A stretch of 62,982 nt of DNA, filler included. It is 5 parts of 5 records of this genome, joined end to end, with 100 filler letters (N's around TTAATTAATTAA, not from the genome) between each part and the next. Parts side by side here need not be neighbours in the genome. Positions count along the whole stretch, not along the records: positions 15,514 to 27,451 come from SRR2962707_3162; positions 27,552 to 33,205 come from SRR2962707_3174; 3 more parts are not named here. One strand, given 5' to 3'. The position numbers and the translations under genes were made by a program. The notes below the pieces were generated by a model. It searched no databases and was not told where the DNA came from. It worked only from the letters and a program-made list of their open reading frames with translations. Below, piece by piece: positions 20,057-30,753 of this stretch; position 1 is the first letter of the stretch, and each line of letters begins with the position of its first letter.

Positions 20057-21346
20057 TCACTCGCTTTGTCGCTTCTCTCTCAGCAAGGCTTCCGCGTGAT
20101 CGGCGCGCACATCCCGGGCGCTGACCATGCGCTCCACCACATAAGCAACCTCCTCGCCACGTGCGCCGGCCAACAGCGCTATATTGCGAGCGTGCAGGGC
20201 CATATGGCCGCGCTGAATGCCTTCCGTCGCCAGCGCGCGCAGCGCTCCCAGGTTCTGTGCCAGCCCCACCGCCACCGCCACTTCCGCCAACTCCTGGGCA
20301 CTGGATACGCCCAGAATCTTCAACGCCAGCCGTGCCAGCGGGTGCGTTTTGGTGGCGCCGCCCACCAACCCCACTGGCATTGGCATTTCAATGGTGCCCA
20401 CCAGGGCGCCCTCGCGGTCTTTTTCCCAGGTGGTGAGGGAGCCGTAATGGCCATCGCGGCAGGCATAGGCATGGGCGCCCGCTTCCACCGCGCGCCAGTC
20501 GTTACCGGTGGCGACGATCAAAGGGTCGATGCCATTCATGATGCCTTTGTTGTGGGTGGCCGCCCGGTACGGATCCACGGCGGCGAACGCGTAGGCATCG
20601 ATAATACGCTCGATTACGTCCTCACCTTTGTAGTCCGCGGTGTCCAGATGCTCCGGTGCAATGCGCACCTGGGCACGGGAGAGCCGCAGATCAGCGAGAT
20701 TGGAGAGAATCCGCAGCCGCACCGTGCCACCGGTGATCTCTTCCATCAGCGGCGCCACGGCCTCGGCCATGGTGTTCACGGTATTGGCCCCCATGGCGTC
20801 CCGCACATCGACCAACAGATGGGCCACCACCATCGGCCCGCGCGGACTGTCGGCGAAGGTATGGATGTCCAGATCACGGCAGCCGCCACCGAGCTGATTA
20901 AGGAGCTGATCCTTGCTGTTGGCCAGATCGAGGATGCGCTGCTTGTGACGCAGCAGGCTGAGACGGGCGTTGACCGGATCGGAAACACCGATGATCTGGA
21001 TCTGTGCGCGCATCAATGGGGTACTGGAGGATGTCAGAAAGCCGCCCGCCGGACGTGCCAGCTTTGCCATGAAGGACGCCGCCGCCACCACCGAGGGCTC
21101 TTCCACGGCCATGGGCACCAGCACCTCCTTGCCGTTAACGAGAAAGTTTCCGGCAATCGCCAAGGGCAGCTCGAACTTGGCGATGACGTTCTCAATCATG
21201 CCATCGGCGATTTCCAACGGCAGAGCTCCGACGTTGCGCAGCAGATCCAGCTCATCATCGGATAAGGCCAACTGGGATTGCAGATGATCCAATCGCTCGG
21301 CGGGGGAAAGATTACGAAAACCGGGAAGCAGGGAGCTGTAGCTCAC
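20057..21346 (-). CDS. mvaA: Class II (degradative, NAD-type) hydroxymethylglutaryl-CoA reductase
   Basis: [49 protein letters not shown]. Confidence 0.95.
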   Translation of the reverse strand: MSYSSLLPGFRNLSPAERLDHLQSQLALSDDELDLLRNVGALPLEIADGMIENVIAKFELPLAIAGNFLVNGKEVLVPMAVEEPSVVAAASFMAKLARPAGGFLTSSSTPLMRAQIQIIGVSDPVNARLSLLRHKQRILDLANSKDQLLNQLGGGCRDLDIHTFADSPRGPMVVAHLLVDVRDAMGANTVNTMAEAVAPLMEEITGGTVRLRILSNLADLRLSRAQVRIAPEHLDTADYKGEDVIERIIDAYAFAAVDPYRAATHNKGIMNGIDPLIVATGNDWRAVEAGAHAYACRDGHYGSLTTWEKDREGALVGTIEMPMPVGLVGGATKTHPLARLALKILGVSSAQELAEVAVAVGLAQNLGALRALATEGIQRGHMALHARNIALLAGARGEEVAYVVERMVSARDVRADHAEALLREKRQSE

Positions 21347-21436
21347 GGGTCACCTCTGTGACGTCGTTGTTGTTAGGTGGGCGGCGTTTGGTTGACGGAG
21401 TCGGATACGCCGGATTGACCGTTACGATAGCTTCAC

Positions 21437-21459
21437 CTGTACCCATCAAAAAGGTACAG
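21437..21459. promoter_or_regulatory. Putative MocR/GntR operator
   Basis: CTGTACC-N9-GGTACAG inverted repeat between the divergent mvaA and regulator genes. Confidence 0.55.
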
Positions 21460-21509
21460 TTACGGCAAACAGTCTCCCCCAGTCCCGTACAACAACAACG
21501 GAATTTCCC

Positions 21510-22901
21510 GTGGCCCTTCCCCTGCACCGCCAAACGCTGGCCCAGCGGGTCGCCGCCAGCATCGCCGAGCAGATCTCCGAGGGCGCGCTGCGCCAGGGCG
21601 ACAAGCTCCCCTCCCTGCGCGAGTACACTCGTCTGCATGGCCATTCCAAGAACACCGTGATCACCGCCTACGAGTACCTCGCCGCGGAAGGGCTTATCGA
21701 GGCCAGACATGGCAAGGGCTTTTTTGTCTGCGCGCCACCGGAGAACAGCGACGACACCGGCCCCGAACCACCGCCTTACGCACGCGCTCTGGACACCATC
21801 TGGATGATGCGTCAGCAGTTCGTGCGCGAGCCTGGACATTCCCATTTGGGCGAAGGGTTTCCGCCGGTGGAATGGCTGATGGATATGCGCCTGGACAAGT
21901 TCAGCCGCCAAGTGGTGCGCAGCGGCGTGGCCACACTGTTCCGTTACGGCGACCGACTGGGCAATATCAATTTGCGACAGCAACTGGTCAGAAAACTGGC
22001 CGGCTACGGCATCAGCACCACCATAGCGCAGATCGCCACGACCTTCGGCGCCAACCACGGCATGGACTTGGTGATCCGGCGGTTCGTCAAACCCGGAGAT
22101 GCGGTGCTGGTGGAAAGTCCGGGTTATTACCCGCTGTTCGGCAAGTTGCAGCTTCAGGGCGCGCGCATGCTGCCGGTTACCCGCCAGGTGGACGGGCCCG
22201 ACACCGAACAGCTGGCCCGGCTGCTGGCCAGAGAGAAGCCGCGCTTGTTCTTCATGCAGTCCGCCGGCCATAACCCCACCGGCACCGATCTTTCCACCGC
22301 CAAGGCGGAACGGATTCTGGCGCTGGCCAGACGCCATAATCTGATCGTGGTGGAAAACGATGCCATGGCGGATTTCAAACTCAGTTCCTGCACAAAACTG
22401 GCGGCCTTGGATCAACTCAAACGCACCCTTTATATCGGCAGCTTCTCCAAACCGGTTTCAGCGGCACTGCGGGTCGGTTTCATCGCCGGCGAGGAAGGGC
22501 TGATCAGTGAACTGGCGGACGTGAAAATGCTGTTGCACACCAGCGGTGCCGAGTATTCGGAGAGGCTGGTCAATATTATCTTGCGCGAAGGTCACTACCT
22601 GAGACATCTGGCGCGTCTGCAGAAGCGGCTCAGGGAAGCCACCGAACGGGGTCTGGCGGTGCTCGATGAGCTCGGCGCGGAAGTGTTTCACCGCCCGGAT
22701 CAGAGCCTCTATGTCTGGGCCCGCTTCCCCGGTATCGACGACGCCAATGAACTCACCCGGCACTGTCTGGACAAAGGGGTGATGCTGGCACCGGGCTCGA
22801 TCTTTTCCGTCGACAGAACAAAAATCGTGCCCTGGACCCGCCTCAACGTGGCTTACCTGGACGACCCGGCGTTCCGGGCCGCCCTGCTCGACGGCCTGTA
22901 G
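21510..22901 (+). CDS. MocR/GabR family regulator (GntR HTH plus PLP aminotransferase-like domain)
   Basis: KLPSLRE...SKNTV..AYE.L; ESPGY, HNPTG, GSFSK....ALRVG. Confidence 0.93.
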   Translation: MALPLHRQTLAQRVAASIAEQISEGALRQGDKLPSLREYTRLHGHSKNTVITAYEYLAAEGLIEARHGKGFFVCAPPENSDDTGPEPPPYARALDTIWMMRQQFVREPGHSHLGEGFPPVEWLMDMRLDKFSRQVVRSGVATLFRYGDRLGNINLRQQLVRKLAGYGISTTIAQIATTFGANHGMDLVIRRFVKPGDAVLVESPGYYPLFGKLQLQGARMLPVTRQVDGPDTEQLARLLAREKPRLFFMQSAGHNPTGTDLSTAKAERILALARRHNLIVVENDAMADFKLSSCTKLAALDQLKRTLYIGSFSKPVSAALRVGFIAGEEGLISELADVKMLLHTSGAEYSERLVNIILREGHYLRHLARLQKRLREATERGLAVLDELGAEVFHRPDQSLYVWARFPGIDDANELTRHCLDKGVMLAPGSIFSVDRTKIVPWTRLNVAYLDDPAFRAALLDGL

Positions 22902-22934
22902 TCGCTAAAACCGCACGACGTTCCTTCACGCCGG

Positions 22935-23951
22935 TCAATCGAAGTTCTTCAGCACCACCGCCAGCACCGCGAAGGTATCCCCCATGGCAACTCTGGCGGG
23001 GTGGCGGCGGCCGATCAGAATACCGCTCACTGGCGCCCGGTATTCCACCGGCGCCGCACCGGTGCGCTCCATACCGTAGATTCTGGCGATCAGGTCACCG
23101 GCGCGGATTTCGTCTCCGAGGCCGACGCAAAACTCCAGCAATCCGGCGTGTTCGCTTTGCAGATAGTGGTCGTTATCGGGGATCTCCAGCATTCTGCTGG
23201 CGGATACCGGCGGATGCGGTTCTCCAGCCAGGACACCGGCGTAGCGAAGGACGTTCTCGACACCCCGCTCCGCCAGCGCCACACTCTCCGGCGTGGACGT
23301 GCCGCCACCGCGCAGTTCGGTGCTGATAAAGACCTTGCCCTGATTCTCGACCACGGTGTCGAACAGCGCCGCGCCCTCCAGTTCCGACATCAACAGCGTG
23401 TTGGGCGCGCCAAAGGCAAGAGCGCCTTCCAGACAACGGCGGGCCAGATCCTGGTCCGGCAACCGGTGGGTGGCGGCGAACGGCAGCAAATCCAGGGTGC
23501 GGCCGCCGGAATGAATATCCAGCACCACGTCGCTCAAAGGCACCAGATAACGGGTGAAGTAATCGGCGATACGCTCGGTCAGCGTGCCGCACGGGTCACC
23601 GGGGAAGGCGCGATTGAGATTGTCTTTATCGATGGGTGAGGTCCGGGTGCCATTCAGCGCCGCCGGATGGTTCATCATCGGCACGATGATGACACGACCG
23701 GCGATGTCCCTGGCTCGCAGCCGGTTGGCCAGTTTGATCAGGGCGGTGATCCCCTCGTATTCGTCGCCGTGATTACCTCCGGTGAGCAGCACCGTCGGCC
23801 CAGCGCCATTGCGCACCACGGCGATGGGGATCATCAGGTTGCCCCAGGCGGAGTCATCGTGGGAGTGCGGCAGCTTGAGAAATCCATGCTGCACACCATC
23901 TCGGTGGTAGTCCACGGTAGCGCTGATCGGGCTGTCTGGCAGATGCGACAT
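22935..23951 (-). CDS. doeB: N-alpha-acetyl-L-2,4-diaminobutyrate deacetylase (AstE/AspA family)
   Basis: SPISATVD..DGVQHGFLKLP.S.D.SAWG, GGNHGDEYEG, NLNRAFPG, DIHSGG, TELRGGG. Confidence 0.85.
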   Translation of the reverse strand: MSHLPDSPISATVDYHRDGVQHGFLKLPHSHDDSAWGNLMIPIAVVRNGAGPTVLLTGGNHGDEYEGITALIKLANRLRARDIAGRVIIVPMMNHPAALNGTRTSPIDKDNLNRAFPGDPCGTLTERIADYFTRYLVPLSDVVLDIHSGGRTLDLLPFAATHRLPDQDLARRCLEGALAFGAPNTLLMSELEGAALFDTVVENQGKVFISTELRGGGTSTPESVALAERGVENVLRYAGVLAGEPHPPVSASRMLEIPDNDHYLQSEHAGLLEFCVGLGDEIRAGDLIARIYGMERTGAAPVEYRAPVSGILIGRRHPARVAMGDTFAVLAVVLKNFD

Positions 23952-24004
23952 AGGTTCTCCTCGTCCCGGGCGCCCATGACGGGCCACCGGCTTTGCTCCT
24001 ATAA

Positions 24005-24718
<714 letters not shown>

Positions 24719-24768
24719 AATCCCCGCCCTTATGTCTGGTCGATTGAGACCAACCGGAGGAGAACACC

Positions 24769-25032
24769 GTGGCCCGTGTAACCGTAGAAGATTGCCTGGA
24801 AAAGCTGGACAACCGCTTTGAGCTGGTACTGGTATCCAGCCGGCGCGCCCGTCAGCTGCAGACCGGCGGCAAAGAGCCGCGGGTGGCCTGGGAGAACGAC
24901 AAGCCCACCGTGGTGGCCCTGCGCGAAATCGCCGATGGTCACGTGACCGGCGAAAGCCTGGATGCCGCCGCCCTGGAACACGACAGCGAGGTCGATGACC
25001 TGGCGCTGCTGACCCGTTCCTTCGGCGAATAA
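24769..25032 (+). CDS. rpoZ: RNA polymerase omega subunit
   Basis: [16 protein letters not shown]...RARQL...[11 protein letters not shown]. Confidence 0.98.
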   Translation: MARVTVEDCLEKLDNRFELVLVSSRRARQLQTGGKEPRVAWENDKPTVVALREIADGHVTGESLDAAALEHDSEVDDLALLTRSFGE

Positions 25033-25284
25033 CGCCGCTGCTCCGGCCGGGCACAGCCCCGGCCGCGCCTTTCTCTTTGCCCCCGGTCTTTGCCCGCTTT
25101 TTCATAGTCTCCGCCTATCAAGGCAAAAAGCTTTGCCTTTTCAATGACTCACGGCAATAACGTAGACAAATTGTCGCGGCAAACCTTAAGCTAGGACTGT
25201 ATACCGCATACCGCGATGATCAGCGCGGATGCATGACGCGTCCTTTGCATACATGGATCCGCCCTGGCGGCGTGATGAGAGCCC

Positions 25285-27393
25285 TTGTCCACCATCCATA
25301 ACCTGGAAAAACGTTTGCGCAGCTACCTGACGGACGAGCAGATCGCCCCGGTGGTGCGCGCCTACTATTTCGCCGAGACCGCCCACGAGGGCCAGTATCG
25401 ACGGACCGGGGACCCGTACATCACGCATCCGCTGGCGGTGGCCAACATTCTCACCGATATGCACATGGACCACGCCTCTCTGATGGCGGCCATGCTGCAC
25501 GATGTGATCGAGGATACCGGCGTCTCCAAGGAACAGCTGGCGACGGAATTCAGCGAGGAGGTGGCGGAACTGGTCGACGGCGTCTCGAAAATCGCCCAGA
25601 TCAAGTTCGAGTCCAAAGCGGAGCAGCAGGCGGAAAATCTGCGCAAGATGATCCTGGCGATGACGCGGGACATCCGCGTGATCCTGGTGAAACTCGCCGA
25701 CCGTCTGCACAACATGCGCACGCTGCATGTGATGAACCCCGACAAACGCCGCCGTATCGCCACCGAAACCCTGGAGATCTACGCGCCAATCGCCTTCCGC
25801 CTGGGCATGTACAACATGCGCGTGGAGTACGAGGACCTGGCCTTCCACGCCATCCATCCGATGCGGGCCCGGCTGATCGGTCAGGCGGTGCGCTCCGCCC
25901 GGGGCAACCGCAAGGAGATCCTCTCGTCGATCAAGACCAGCATCGAACACTGCCTGCAGCAGGAAGGCATCGAGGCCCGGGTGCTGGGGCGCGAGAAGCA
26001 CCTTTACAGCATCTACAACAAGATGAAGGAGCAGCACAAACCGTTCTCGGAAATCATGGACGTGTTTGGCTTCCGCATCATCGTCGACCGCGTGGACACC
26101 TGCTACCGGGTGCTCGGCGCGGTGCACAACTACTTCATTCCCATCCCGGGCCGGTTCAAGGACTACGTGGCCATTCCCAAGGCCAACGGCTACCAGTCCC
26201 TGCATACCACTCTGAAGGCCCACTCCGGGATTCCGCTGGAAATCCAGATCCGCACCGAGGAAATGGAAGCGATGGCCAACAACGGCATCGCCGCCCACTG
26301 GCTGTACAAGACCGAGGAGAAACCCGGCTCGCCGACCCACACCCGGGCGCAATCCTGGATGCAGCGGCTGCTGGAGATGCAGCAGAAAGCCGGCAACTCG
26401 ATGGAGTTCATCGAGAACGTCAAAGTGGACCTGTTCCCCGACGAAGCCTACGTATTCACGCCCAAAGGCGACATCAAGGAGCTCCCCGCCGGCGCCACTC
26501 CGGTGGACTTCGCCTACGCCGTGCACACCAAGGTGGGCAACCGTTGCGTGGCGGCCCGGGTGGACGGCAAGCTGGCGGCGCTGTCCACGCCGCTGGAGTC
26601 CGGGCAAACGGTGAAGATCATCACCGCCCCCAACGCCACCCCCAATCCGGCCTGGCTCAACTTCGTCGTCACCGGCAAGGCCCGCTCCAACATTCGCCAC
26701 TTCCTCAAGCAGCAGCGGCGGGAAGACGCCCGGGAACTGGGACAACGCCTGTTGGACAAGGCCCTGGCGGGCTATGAGAGCAGCCTTGAGCATCTGCCGG
26801 AAACGGTGATCCGCGCCGAGTTGAACAGCAACGATCAGCACAGCCTGGACGAGCTGCTGGAAGACATCGGCATGGGCAACCGGCTGGCGCCGCTGGTGGC
26901 CCGCAAGATGATGGGCAACCACGGTGAGGCCCGGCAGGAAGAGGACGACCGGCGGCCGCTGGCGATTCGTGGCAGCGAAGGCCTGATGGTGACCTACGCC
27001 AAGTGCTGCTACCCGCTGCCCGGTGATACCATCCTCGGGCATCTCAGTGCCGGACGGGGCATCGTGGTGCATCGCGATACCTGCAAGAATCTGCTGGCGG
27101 AGATGCGCAACGCGCCGGAAAAATGCATCGCTCTGAGCTGGGAGCGGGAGGCGGAGCAGGAATTCACCGCTGGCCTGCGCATTGAACTGGTCAACAAGCG
27201 CGGCGTCCTCGCCACCCTGGCCAACAGCGTCACCGAGCAGGGCTCCAACATCGATACCATCGACATGTCCGACAAGGACCCCACGCTATCCCTTCTCAAT
27301 GTCACTCTCACGGTGAAGGACCGCATCCACCTGGCGCGCATTATTAAACGCCTGCGTGTGCTGGATAACATCGTTCGCATTCACCGTCTGTAA
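25285..27393 (+). CDS. spoT: Bifunctional (p)ppGpp synthetase/hydrolase SpoT
   Basis: HEGQYR.TGDPY..HP, LHDVIED, KDY...PK.NGYQSLHT, TGS and ACT domains; gmk-rpoZ-spoT order. Confidence 0.97.
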   Translation: MSTIHNLEKRLRSYLTDEQIAPVVRAYYFAETAHEGQYRRTGDPYITHPLAVANILTDMHMDHASLMAAMLHDVIEDTGVSKEQLATEFSEEVAELVDGVSKIAQIKFESKAEQQAENLRKMILAMTRDIRVILVKLADRLHNMRTLHVMNPDKRRRIATETLEIYAPIAFRLGMYNMRVEYEDLAFHAIHPMRARLIGQAVRSARGNRKEILSSIKTSIEHCLQQEGIEARVLGREKHLYSIYNKMKEQHKPFSEIMDVFGFRIIVDRVDTCYRVLGAVHNYFIPIPGRFKDYVAIPKANGYQSLHTTLKAHSGIPLEIQIRTEEMEAMANNGIAAHWLYKTEEKPGSPTHTRAQSWMQRLLEMQQKAGNSMEFIENVKVDLFPDEAYVFTPKGDIKELPAGATPVDFAYAVHTKVGNRCVAARVDGKLAALSTPLESGQTVKIITAPNATPNPAWLNFVVTGKARSNIRHFLKQQRREDARELGQRLLDKALAGYESSLEHLPETVIRAELNSNDQHSLDELLEDIGMGNRLAPLVARKMMGNHGEARQEEDDRRPLAIRGSEGLMVTYAKCCYPLPGDTILGHLSAGRGIVVHRDTCKNLLAEMRNAPEKCIALSWEREAEQEFTAGLRIELVNKRGVLATLANSVTEQGSNIDTIDMSDKDPTLSLLNVTLTVKDRIHLARIIKRLRVLDNIVRIHRL

Positions 27394-27451
27394 GGCTTTT
27401 CCCGCAGGCCCAACTACGCAACCGCTGTAATCGGATGGACTCGCCCTCGCC

Positions 27452-27551
27452 NNNNNNNNNNNNNNNNNNNNNNNNNNNNNNNNNNNNNNNNNNNNTTAAT
27501 TAATTAANNNNNNNNNNNNNNNNNNNNNNNNNNNNNNNNNNNNNNNNNNNN
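27452..27551. other. Artificial contig spacer
   Basis: 44 N + TTAATTAATTAA + 44 N. Confidence 0.99.
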
Positions 27552-27573
27552 GGGAAGCTGGCTTGCCAGCGAA
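27552..27573 (+). repeat. REP element (GTGG/GTAG class), truncated at the contig start
   Basis: GGGAA-GCTGGC-TT-GCCAGC-GAA palindrome. Confidence 0.7.
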
Positions 27574-27621
27574 TACAGCGCGAAATCATATCTCCTGGAC
27601 CAATAGGCTGGCCACGGACCC

Positions 27622-28377
27622 TCAGCGCGTGGTGTAGCCGCCGTTGGCGAAAATAGTTTGGCCGGTGATCCACCAGCCTTCGGTGGCGAGGAAGCGGACG
27701 ATGGGTTCGATGTCCTCGATTTTTGTCAGGTCCCCGTTCATTGCCTGGGATTTATGAAACTCTACTCGTTCAGGAGTTTCCTGGGGATAGAAGAAGGGCG
27801 TGTCCATGGGGCCCGGGGCGATGGCGGTGACGGAGATGCCACGGGAACCGAACTCCTTGGCGGCGGCCCTGGTGAAGTGGTCCACCGGCGCTTTACCGCC
27901 GGCATAGGTGGAATAGCCGTCGGTGAAGGCCCCCAGCAAGGCGGTGACGATGGTGATGATCTTGCCGTTGTCGTTGAGGGTCCGGCCCGCTTCCTTGATA
28001 AAGAAATAAGCCGCTTTGGAATTGATGTCGAACATCGAGTCGTACTCGTCTTCCGACGTTTCCAGGATCGGCTTGCGCAATACTTTGCCCACCGTGTTTA
28101 CGGCGATGTCCACGCCGCCGAAGTGGGATATGGCCTGATCGAACAAGGCGGTGACCTGATCCGGTTTGCTCAGGTCGCCCTGTACCGCCAGAGCCTCACC
28201 GCCGGCATTCTTGATCGCCTGTACCGTGGCTTCGGCGTCCGCCTTGGAGCCGTCGCTGTGATAGTGCACCACCACCTTGGCTCCGCCTTCCGCCATCTTG
28301 CGGCTGATCAGGCCACCCAGGTTTTTGGCGCCGGCGCCGATCACGGCCACTTTGTTTTGCAGAGTCTGCGCGGTCAT
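27622..28377 (-). CDS. SDR family oxidoreductase
   Basis: GAGAKNLG, VNTVG, YAGGK (YxxxK), PGPMDT, ITGQTIFANGG; AAGGAG RBS. Confidence 0.93.
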   Translation of the reverse strand: MTAQTLQNKVAVIGAGAKNLGGLISRKMAEGGAKVVVHYHSDGSKADAEATVQAIKNAGGEALAVQGDLSKPDQVTALFDQAISHFGGVDIAVNTVGKVLRKPILETSEDEYDSMFDINSKAAYFFIKEAGRTLNDNGKIITIVTALLGAFTDGYSTYAGGKAPVDHFTRAAAKEFGSRGISVTAIAPGPMDTPFFYPQETPERVEFHKSQAMNGDLTKIEDIEPIVRFLATEGWWITGQTIFANGGYTTR

Positions 28378-28514
28378 ATCCGTTATCTCCTTTACTGGAT
28401 TTTAGCTGCGTATGCGATGCGGCGAATCCTCGAATCAAAGGGAGGGGAGGTCACCGTCCTCGTTGAGGTTAACCACCCGCCTTCCCGGGATAATGCCTCC
28501 TTTTTCGACAGCAG

Positions 28515-28584
28515 TGTTCGAACTCAACGAACAATAAGTCCACCCGTCTTGTTTGCCGCAACGCGGATTGCGCTTAACGCAATC
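28515..28584. promoter_or_regulatory. Two LysR-type T-N11-A palindromes
   Basis: TGTTCG-N7-CGAACA (28515-28533) and GATTGCG-N5-CGCAATC (28566-28584). Confidence 0.5.
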
Positions 28585-28632
28585 GACCCGGGGAAATCGT
28601 GCCGCCTAGGATGAGCCTTCCAGAGGGAGAGC

Positions 28633-29733
28633 ATGATTATGAACAATAGTGACCTGGCCGATTTTCTTGTGCGGCGCGACGATCCGCGTACCTTCCGCTG
28701 GCAATGGGGTAAGCAATTACCCCCTTTGCCAAAGGGCGAAATAGAGGTGGCGGCGGAGAAATTCGCGCTCACCGCCAACAACATCACCTACGCGCGTTTG
28801 GGAGACAGCGGCCGTTACTGGGACTTCTTCCCGCAGGCGGATGGTTGGGGTTCGGTGCCGGTGTGGGGCTACGGGCGTGTCATTGCCTCCCGGCATGAGG
28901 AGATCGCAGAGGGAGAGCGGATTTACGGCTACTTCCCAATGAGCAGCCACCTGCGCCTGGCACCGGAAAAAGTGACCGCCCGGCGGTTTTTGGACGGCGC
29001 CGGACATCGCCGCGAGCTGCCATCCACCTATAACGAATACAGCCGTGTAACAGAGCCGGAAACGGATCGGGAAAACCCCCATCTGGTGTTGCGGCCCTTG
29101 TTCAGCCTGTCATTTTTCCTGGCTGACTGGTTACAGCAGCAGCGGGCCTTCGGCGCCGAACAGATCCTGATCTCCAGTGCCTCAAGCAAAACCGCCCTGG
29201 GATTGGGTTTCATGCTGACCGGAGCGGACCGCCCCGCCGGCGAGGTGATCGGGCTTACCGCGCCGGCCAATCGGTCCTTCGTGGAAAGCACCGGACTCTA
29301 CGACACGGTGCTGTGTTATTCCGATCTGGATACGGTCCGGCGTCGGCCGTCGGTGTATGTGGACATCTCCGGCAACCAGAGCAGCAGGGCGGCGGTGCAT
29401 CGCCATCTCGGTGATGCTCTTCGTCACAGTTGCCGGGTAGGCTTTACGCACTGGGACGCGGCTTCGACGAACCTGCGTGAACGGGAACCGGGGTTACCGG
29501 GCCCGCCGCCAACCTTGTTTTTCGCGCCGGACCATATTCTCGCCCGGCGGCGGGCCTGGGGAGCGGAACGTCTGGCCGAGACGGTGCGGGATCACTCCGC
29601 GCGCTTTTACCGGCACGCGGCACGATGGCTGGAAATCCAGTCGTCCCATGGGCCGGAAGCGGTGGAGCAGGTCTATCTTGAGGTACTGGAGGGCCGGGCA
29701 CGCGTCGATCAGGCAAACGTGCTTTACTGGTGA
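28633..29733 (+). CDS. DUF2855 family protein
   Basis: FALTANNITYA, YWDFFP, PVWG, GERIYGYFPM, SSASSKTA, VGFTHW, FFAP. Confidence 0.85.
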   Translation: MIMNNSDLADFLVRRDDPRTFRWQWGKQLPPLPKGEIEVAAEKFALTANNITYARLGDSGRYWDFFPQADGWGSVPVWGYGRVIASRHEEIAEGERIYGYFPMSSHLRLAPEKVTARRFLDGAGHRRELPSTYNEYSRVTEPETDRENPHLVLRPLFSLSFFLADWLQQQRAFGAEQILISSASSKTALGLGFMLTGADRPAGEVIGLTAPANRSFVESTGLYDTVLCYSDLDTVRRRPSVYVDISGNQSSRAAVHRHLGDALRHSCRVGFTHWDAASTNLREREPGLPGPPPTLFFAPDHILARRRAWGAERLAETVRDHSARFYRHAARWLEIQSSHGPEAVEQVYLEVLEGRARVDQANVLYW

Positions 29734-29757
29734 CCTCTGATCCGAGGAGATGCGAAT

Positions 29758-30657
29758 GTGAACCGGCGCTCGCCACCCTGGGGGGCAATCGAAGCGTTCA
29801 TCGTCGCCGCGCGCACCGGAGGGTTTCGCGACGCGGCGGAGAAGCTGGGGCTGAGCCCGTCGGCATTTTCACGCCGCATCCAGGCTCTGGAAGAACACAT
29901 CGGCGTGCAATTGTTTGATCGCTCCGGGCCCTCTCCGCAACTCACCGCCGCCGGCCGCCGTTATCTTCTGCGCCTGGAGCCCGGCTATCAGGCCCTGCGT
30001 GCCGCCACCGAATGGATGGCCCCGGATCCCGCGCACCGTCCGTTGCGGGTGGGGATTTCCCAGTCTCTTGCCATCAGTTGGCTGCTGCCCCGCCTGCATC
30101 GCTTCCAGACCCGTGAACCGGGCATCGAACTGATCCTGCAAACCCGTTCCGGTGACATTGATCTGCTGGGCGGTGCCGCGGATGTGGGGATTCTCTTCGG
30201 TGACGGGCAATGGCGCCATCTGGTCTCGGAGCCGTTGATGGCGGTCACCGCCGAGGTGGTCTGCGCCGAACGGCTGGCCTACGATCTGCCGCCGCCCGCA
30301 CGGATTGAGGATTTGCCTCGTCACCGCCTGCTTGAAGCGGTGTATCCCGCCAACCAGTGGCGAGACTGGTTCCACTGGGCGGGACAACCGTCCTGGTCCG
30401 GCCAGGAACGGCTTCGTTTCGACAGCTTGCAGGTTTTGTATGAAGCCGCCGCCCGTGGCCTCGGTGTCGCCCTTGGTGTTCGTCCCCTGGTGACCCCGTT
30501 TCTGGAAAGCGGGCGGCTCGCCGTGGCCTTTCCCGGCACCTGGGCGATTCCCGGCCATTATCACATCGCCACCGCGCCCGGGCGCCGGCATGACCGGGCC
30601 GTGCGAGTGTTCTGGCAGTGGCTGAAGGAGGAAGCCGGCTTGCCAGAAAATACCTGA
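29758..30657 (+). CDS. LysR family regulator (GcvA-like)
   Basis: AA.KLGLSPSA.SRRIQALEE.IGVQLF.R; WLLPRL..F; G.GVAL. Confidence 0.93.
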   Translation: MNRRSPPWGAIEAFIVAARTGGFRDAAEKLGLSPSAFSRRIQALEEHIGVQLFDRSGPSPQLTAAGRRYLLRLEPGYQALRAATEWMAPDPAHRPLRVGISQSLAISWLLPRLHRFQTREPGIELILQTRSGDIDLLGGAADVGILFGDGQWRHLVSEPLMAVTAEVVCAERLAYDLPPPARIEDLPRHRLLEAVYPANQWRDWFHWAGQPSWSGQERLRFDSLQVLYEAAARGLGVALGVRPLVTPFLESGRLAVAFPGTWAIPGHYHIATAPGRRHDRAVRVFWQWLKEEAGLPENT

Positions 30658-30753
30658 CCCGGGTGACGAAAAGTGTCAATATCATCTTGAGTTTTCCGCC
30701 GGTATCCGGTGTGCTGTGTTATTGGATGACATTCTCTTAAGAAGGTTAATAAA

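Noticed and set aside
20057-21346. Biosynthetic mevalonate pathway
   Set aside because: No HMG-CoA synthase, mevalonate kinases or decarboxylase nearby; the NAD-type motif and importer context favour catabolism
21510-22901. Calling the MocR regulator EnuR because doeB is adjacent
   Set aside because: It is convergent with doeB and shares its promoter region with mvaA; no other ectoine genes are present
25186-27072. 628-aa antisense ORF (similar ones at 20009-21265, 17034-18122, 21312-22415, 27658-28614, 269-1189)
   Set aside because: Shadow ORFs opposite well-supported genes in GC-rich DNA, with no recognisable motifs
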